Source of the DNA: Nitrospira sp.
GTDB taxonomy: Bacteria > Nitrospirota > Nitrospiria > Nitrospirales > Nitrospiraceae
Assembly (NCBI GenBank): GCA_047150005.1
Contig: AP038806.1
Location: forward strand, 2,848,001 to 2,912,000
Direction of reading: 5' to 3'
Length of the DNA stretch: 64,000 nucleotides
In this document: in pieces, positions 61,905 through 64,000 of the stretch
Layout of the letters: every line of letters starts with the position of its first letter
Position numbering within the stretch: the stretch's first letter is position 1
Notes under the pieces: generated by a model
Seen by the model: the letters and a program-made list of their open reading frames with translations, nothing else
What the model was told of the DNA's origin: nothing
Databases searched by the model: none
Translations under genes and position numbers: made by a program

Positions 61905-63230
61905 ATGACGGAGCGAATGACTTCCCGGTCGAACGGCGCGGGTCTCGGGGATATGAAGGAACCATCTTCTTCCGAGCAATATTTGGAGCGGACGCTGGAC
62001 CAGGCGGTCGCCGCCGCCGTGCTAGAGGCGGCGGGACCGACCCGCCGGCAGCTCCTTGCAGGACTCGGGGCGGCGGCCATCACGGCTTTGGTGTCCGAGG
62101 TGTTCCCGTTGGCCAAGCTCAAGGCCTTTGCCGCAGATCCGGTAGGGAAACCGGAAAAGACGGACGTCAGTATTGCGTTCATCCCGATTACGTGCGGCAC
62201 GCCGATCATCATGGCGGAGCCATTGGGCTTCTATAAGAAACACGGGCTGAATGCCTCGGTGAAACGGGCGGCCGGATGGGCGATGATTCGCGACTGGGCG
62301 GTGAACAAAGAGGTGGACGCGGCCCACATGCTCACGCCTATGCCATTGGCGATCACATTGGGCGCCGGGTCGGTGCCGACGCCGATCTACATGCCGGCGG
62401 TGGAGAACATCAACGGCCAGGCCATCACGCTGCACATCAAACACAAGGACGTGAAGACTGCGTCTGATATGAAGGGTTTTCGCTTCTGTGTACCGTTCGA
62501 CTATTCGATGCATAACTATCTGCTGCGCTACTTCCTGGCGGAAGGAGGGGTACATCCGGATAAGGACGTTCAGATCAGAGTGGTTCCCCCGGCGGAGATG
62601 GTCGCAAATCTCAAGGCCGGCAATGTGGACGGCTATCTGGGACCAGACCCGTTCAATCAGCGCGCCGTATATGAGAATGCCGGGTTCATCTTCAAACTGT
62701 CCAGAGACATCTGGGACCGGCATCCCTGCTGTGCCTTTACCGTCACCAAAGAATACGCAACGACCTATCCGAACACGTTTCTCGCCATGTGGCGCGCGAT
62801 CGTGGACGCCACTCATTATGCGTCCGATCCGGCTCACCGCAAGGAGATTGCAGCGGCGATCGCCCCGACCAACTACTTGAACCAGCCCGTGACCGTCCTG
62901 GAGCAGGTGCTGACCGGCACGTATGCGGACGGGTTAGGCAGCATCAAGAAGGAGCCGAACCGCATCGATTTCGATCCCTATCCCTGGCACTCGATGGCGA
63001 TCTGGATTCTCACGCAGATGAAACGCTGGGGGCACCTGAAAGGGGACGTGAACTACAAGGCGGTGGCCGAGCAGGTGTATCGGGCGGCGGACTGCGACCG
63101 CATCGCAAAGGATCTCGGCTATCCGACCCATCAATCGACCACGATGAACCACGTGATCATGGGCAAAGAATTCGATCCGAACAATGCGGAAGCCTACGTA
63201 AAAGGTTTCAAGATTCACAGCATGGCGTGA
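61905..63230 (+). CDS. NrtA/CmpA/CynA-family ABC substrate-binding protein (likely cyanate, or nitrite/nitrate)
   Basis: Tat-like TRRQLL; FIPITCGTP, AAHMLTPMPL, FDYSMHNYLLRY, PDPFNQRA, HPCC; AAGGAG RBS. Confidence 0.85.
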   Translation: MTERMTSRSNGAGLGDMKEPSSSEQYLERTLDQAVAAAVLEAAGPTRRQLLAGLGAAAITALVSEVFPLAKLKAFAADPVGKPEKTDVSIAFIPITCGTPIIMAEPLGFYKKHGLNASVKRAAGWAMIRDWAVNKEVDAAHMLTPMPLAITLGAGSVPTPIYMPAVENINGQAITLHIKHKDVKTASDMKGFRFCVPFDYSMHNYLLRYFLAEGGVHPDKDVQIRVVPPAEMVANLKAGNVDGYLGPDPFNQRAVYENAGFIFKLSRDIWDRHPCCAFTVTKEYATTYPNTFLAMWRAIVDATHYASDPAHRKEIAAAIAPTNYLNQPVTVLEQVLTGTYADGLGSIKKEPNRIDFDPYPWHSMAIWILTQMKRWGHLKGDVNYKAVAEQVYRAADCDRIAKDLGYPTHQSTTMNHVIMGKEFDPNNAEAYVKGFKIHSMA

Positions 63231-63409
63231 GGAGACCAATGGAATCGACGAACGACACCCTGTTGCCTGAAGCGACGAGGCCGGAGCAGGTCGATGCTCC
63301 ATTCGTCTCCTTCCAACGTGCCCTGAATCGGCCCTCTCCGTTAATGATAAAGTTATGGACGTGGGGGTCGCGGGCAGACCGTGGTTCCCAGACTCAGCGA
63401 GGAGGAGCC

Positions 63410-64000
63410 ATGGCAGGCCAGGCGAAAGGAAATCCGTGGTTGATTTCGGGATTTGCATTGGTCATTTTCCTGCTGGCCTGGCATTTCTTCACACTGCGGG
63501 CGACGTTTGACTCCAGAGGGATGACGGAAGCACAACTCCAGCTCATGGAGTTCAACGGCGACATCGTGCGATTACCGGACGGAGCCTATTCCTGGAATCC
63601 GGAGAAGGAAAAGGTGAAGGGCATTCCCGGCCCCTTGGCGGTTCTTGAAAAGGCGCGCACCGAGCTGGCCGAAGCCTTTGTGAAGAAGGGCACGAACGAT
63701 CACGGAATCGCCTATCTGGTGCTGTATACCGTCTCGCGTTTTGCGGCAGGATTTCTGGCCGCTTCTGTGGTCGCCATCATGCTCGGCGTCATTCTGGGAC
63801 TCAACAGGGTCCTCTTCAGGGCGGCGAATCCATTCATTCAAATTCTGAAGCCGATCTCCCCCCTGGCTTGGATGCCGCTCTTGCTCTACACCGTCAAAGA
63901 TCCGAAATGGACCGCCATGCTGGTCGTCTTCATGGCCGCCGTGTGGCCCACGCTCGCGACGACGGCCTTCGGGGTCAGCTCGTTGAAGAAGGAATACCTT
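63410..64000 (+). CDS. NrtB/CynB-family ABC permease (3' truncated; alternative in-frame start at 63239)
   Basis: Translated by hand: ...NDHGIAY...NPFIQILKPISPLAWMPL...AVWPTL. Confidence 0.88.
   Translation, partial: MAGQAKGNPWLISGFALVIFLLAWHFFTLRATFDSRGMTEAQLQLMEFNGDIVRLPDGAYSWNPEKEKVKGIPGPLAVLEKARTELAEAFVKKGTNDHGIAYLVLYTVSRFAAGFLAASVVAIMLGVILGLNRVLFRAANPFIQILKPISPLAWMPLLLYTVKDPKWTAMLVVFMAAVWPTLATTAFGVSSLKKEYL

Overview
This is a GC-rich bacterial chromosomal window, most consistent with a Nitrospira (Nitrospirota). That call rests on protein style and gene context, not on a database search. 1-14.5 kb holds the S10-spc-alpha ribosomal protein cluster (rplD to rplQ, with secY, adk, map, infA, rpoA). 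14.7-27.5 kb holds lptCAB-rpoN-hpf-rapZ, pilMNOPQ, aroB and a GAF-GAF-ANTAR RNA-binding regulator. 27.5-64 kb is a large nitrogen-acquisition island: porin-urtABCDE, an oppositely oriented utp-ureABCEFGD urease operon resembling the Yersinia/Brucella type, glutamine-dependent nadE, uncharacterised exported and lipoproteins (one tandem-duplicated), a NarL-type two-component pair, porin-amtB-glnB-glnD-glnA, and the start of a cyanate/nitrate-type ABC transporter. The main discovery candidate is a set of five leaders (28.6, 45.0, 49.9-50.05 on the minus strand, 53.7-54.0, 61.6-61.9 kb) that share a hexaloop RNA motif, stem-C[A/G]NNGNN-G-stem. I counted 15 such hairpins, 7 of which overlap an intrinsic terminator. 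This looks like an ANTAR antitermination regulon for nitrogen assimilation, with its likely regulator encoded at the edge of the island. It includes tandem attenuators, unusually long structured linkers, and unexpected targets (nadE and an unknown lipoprotein cluster).
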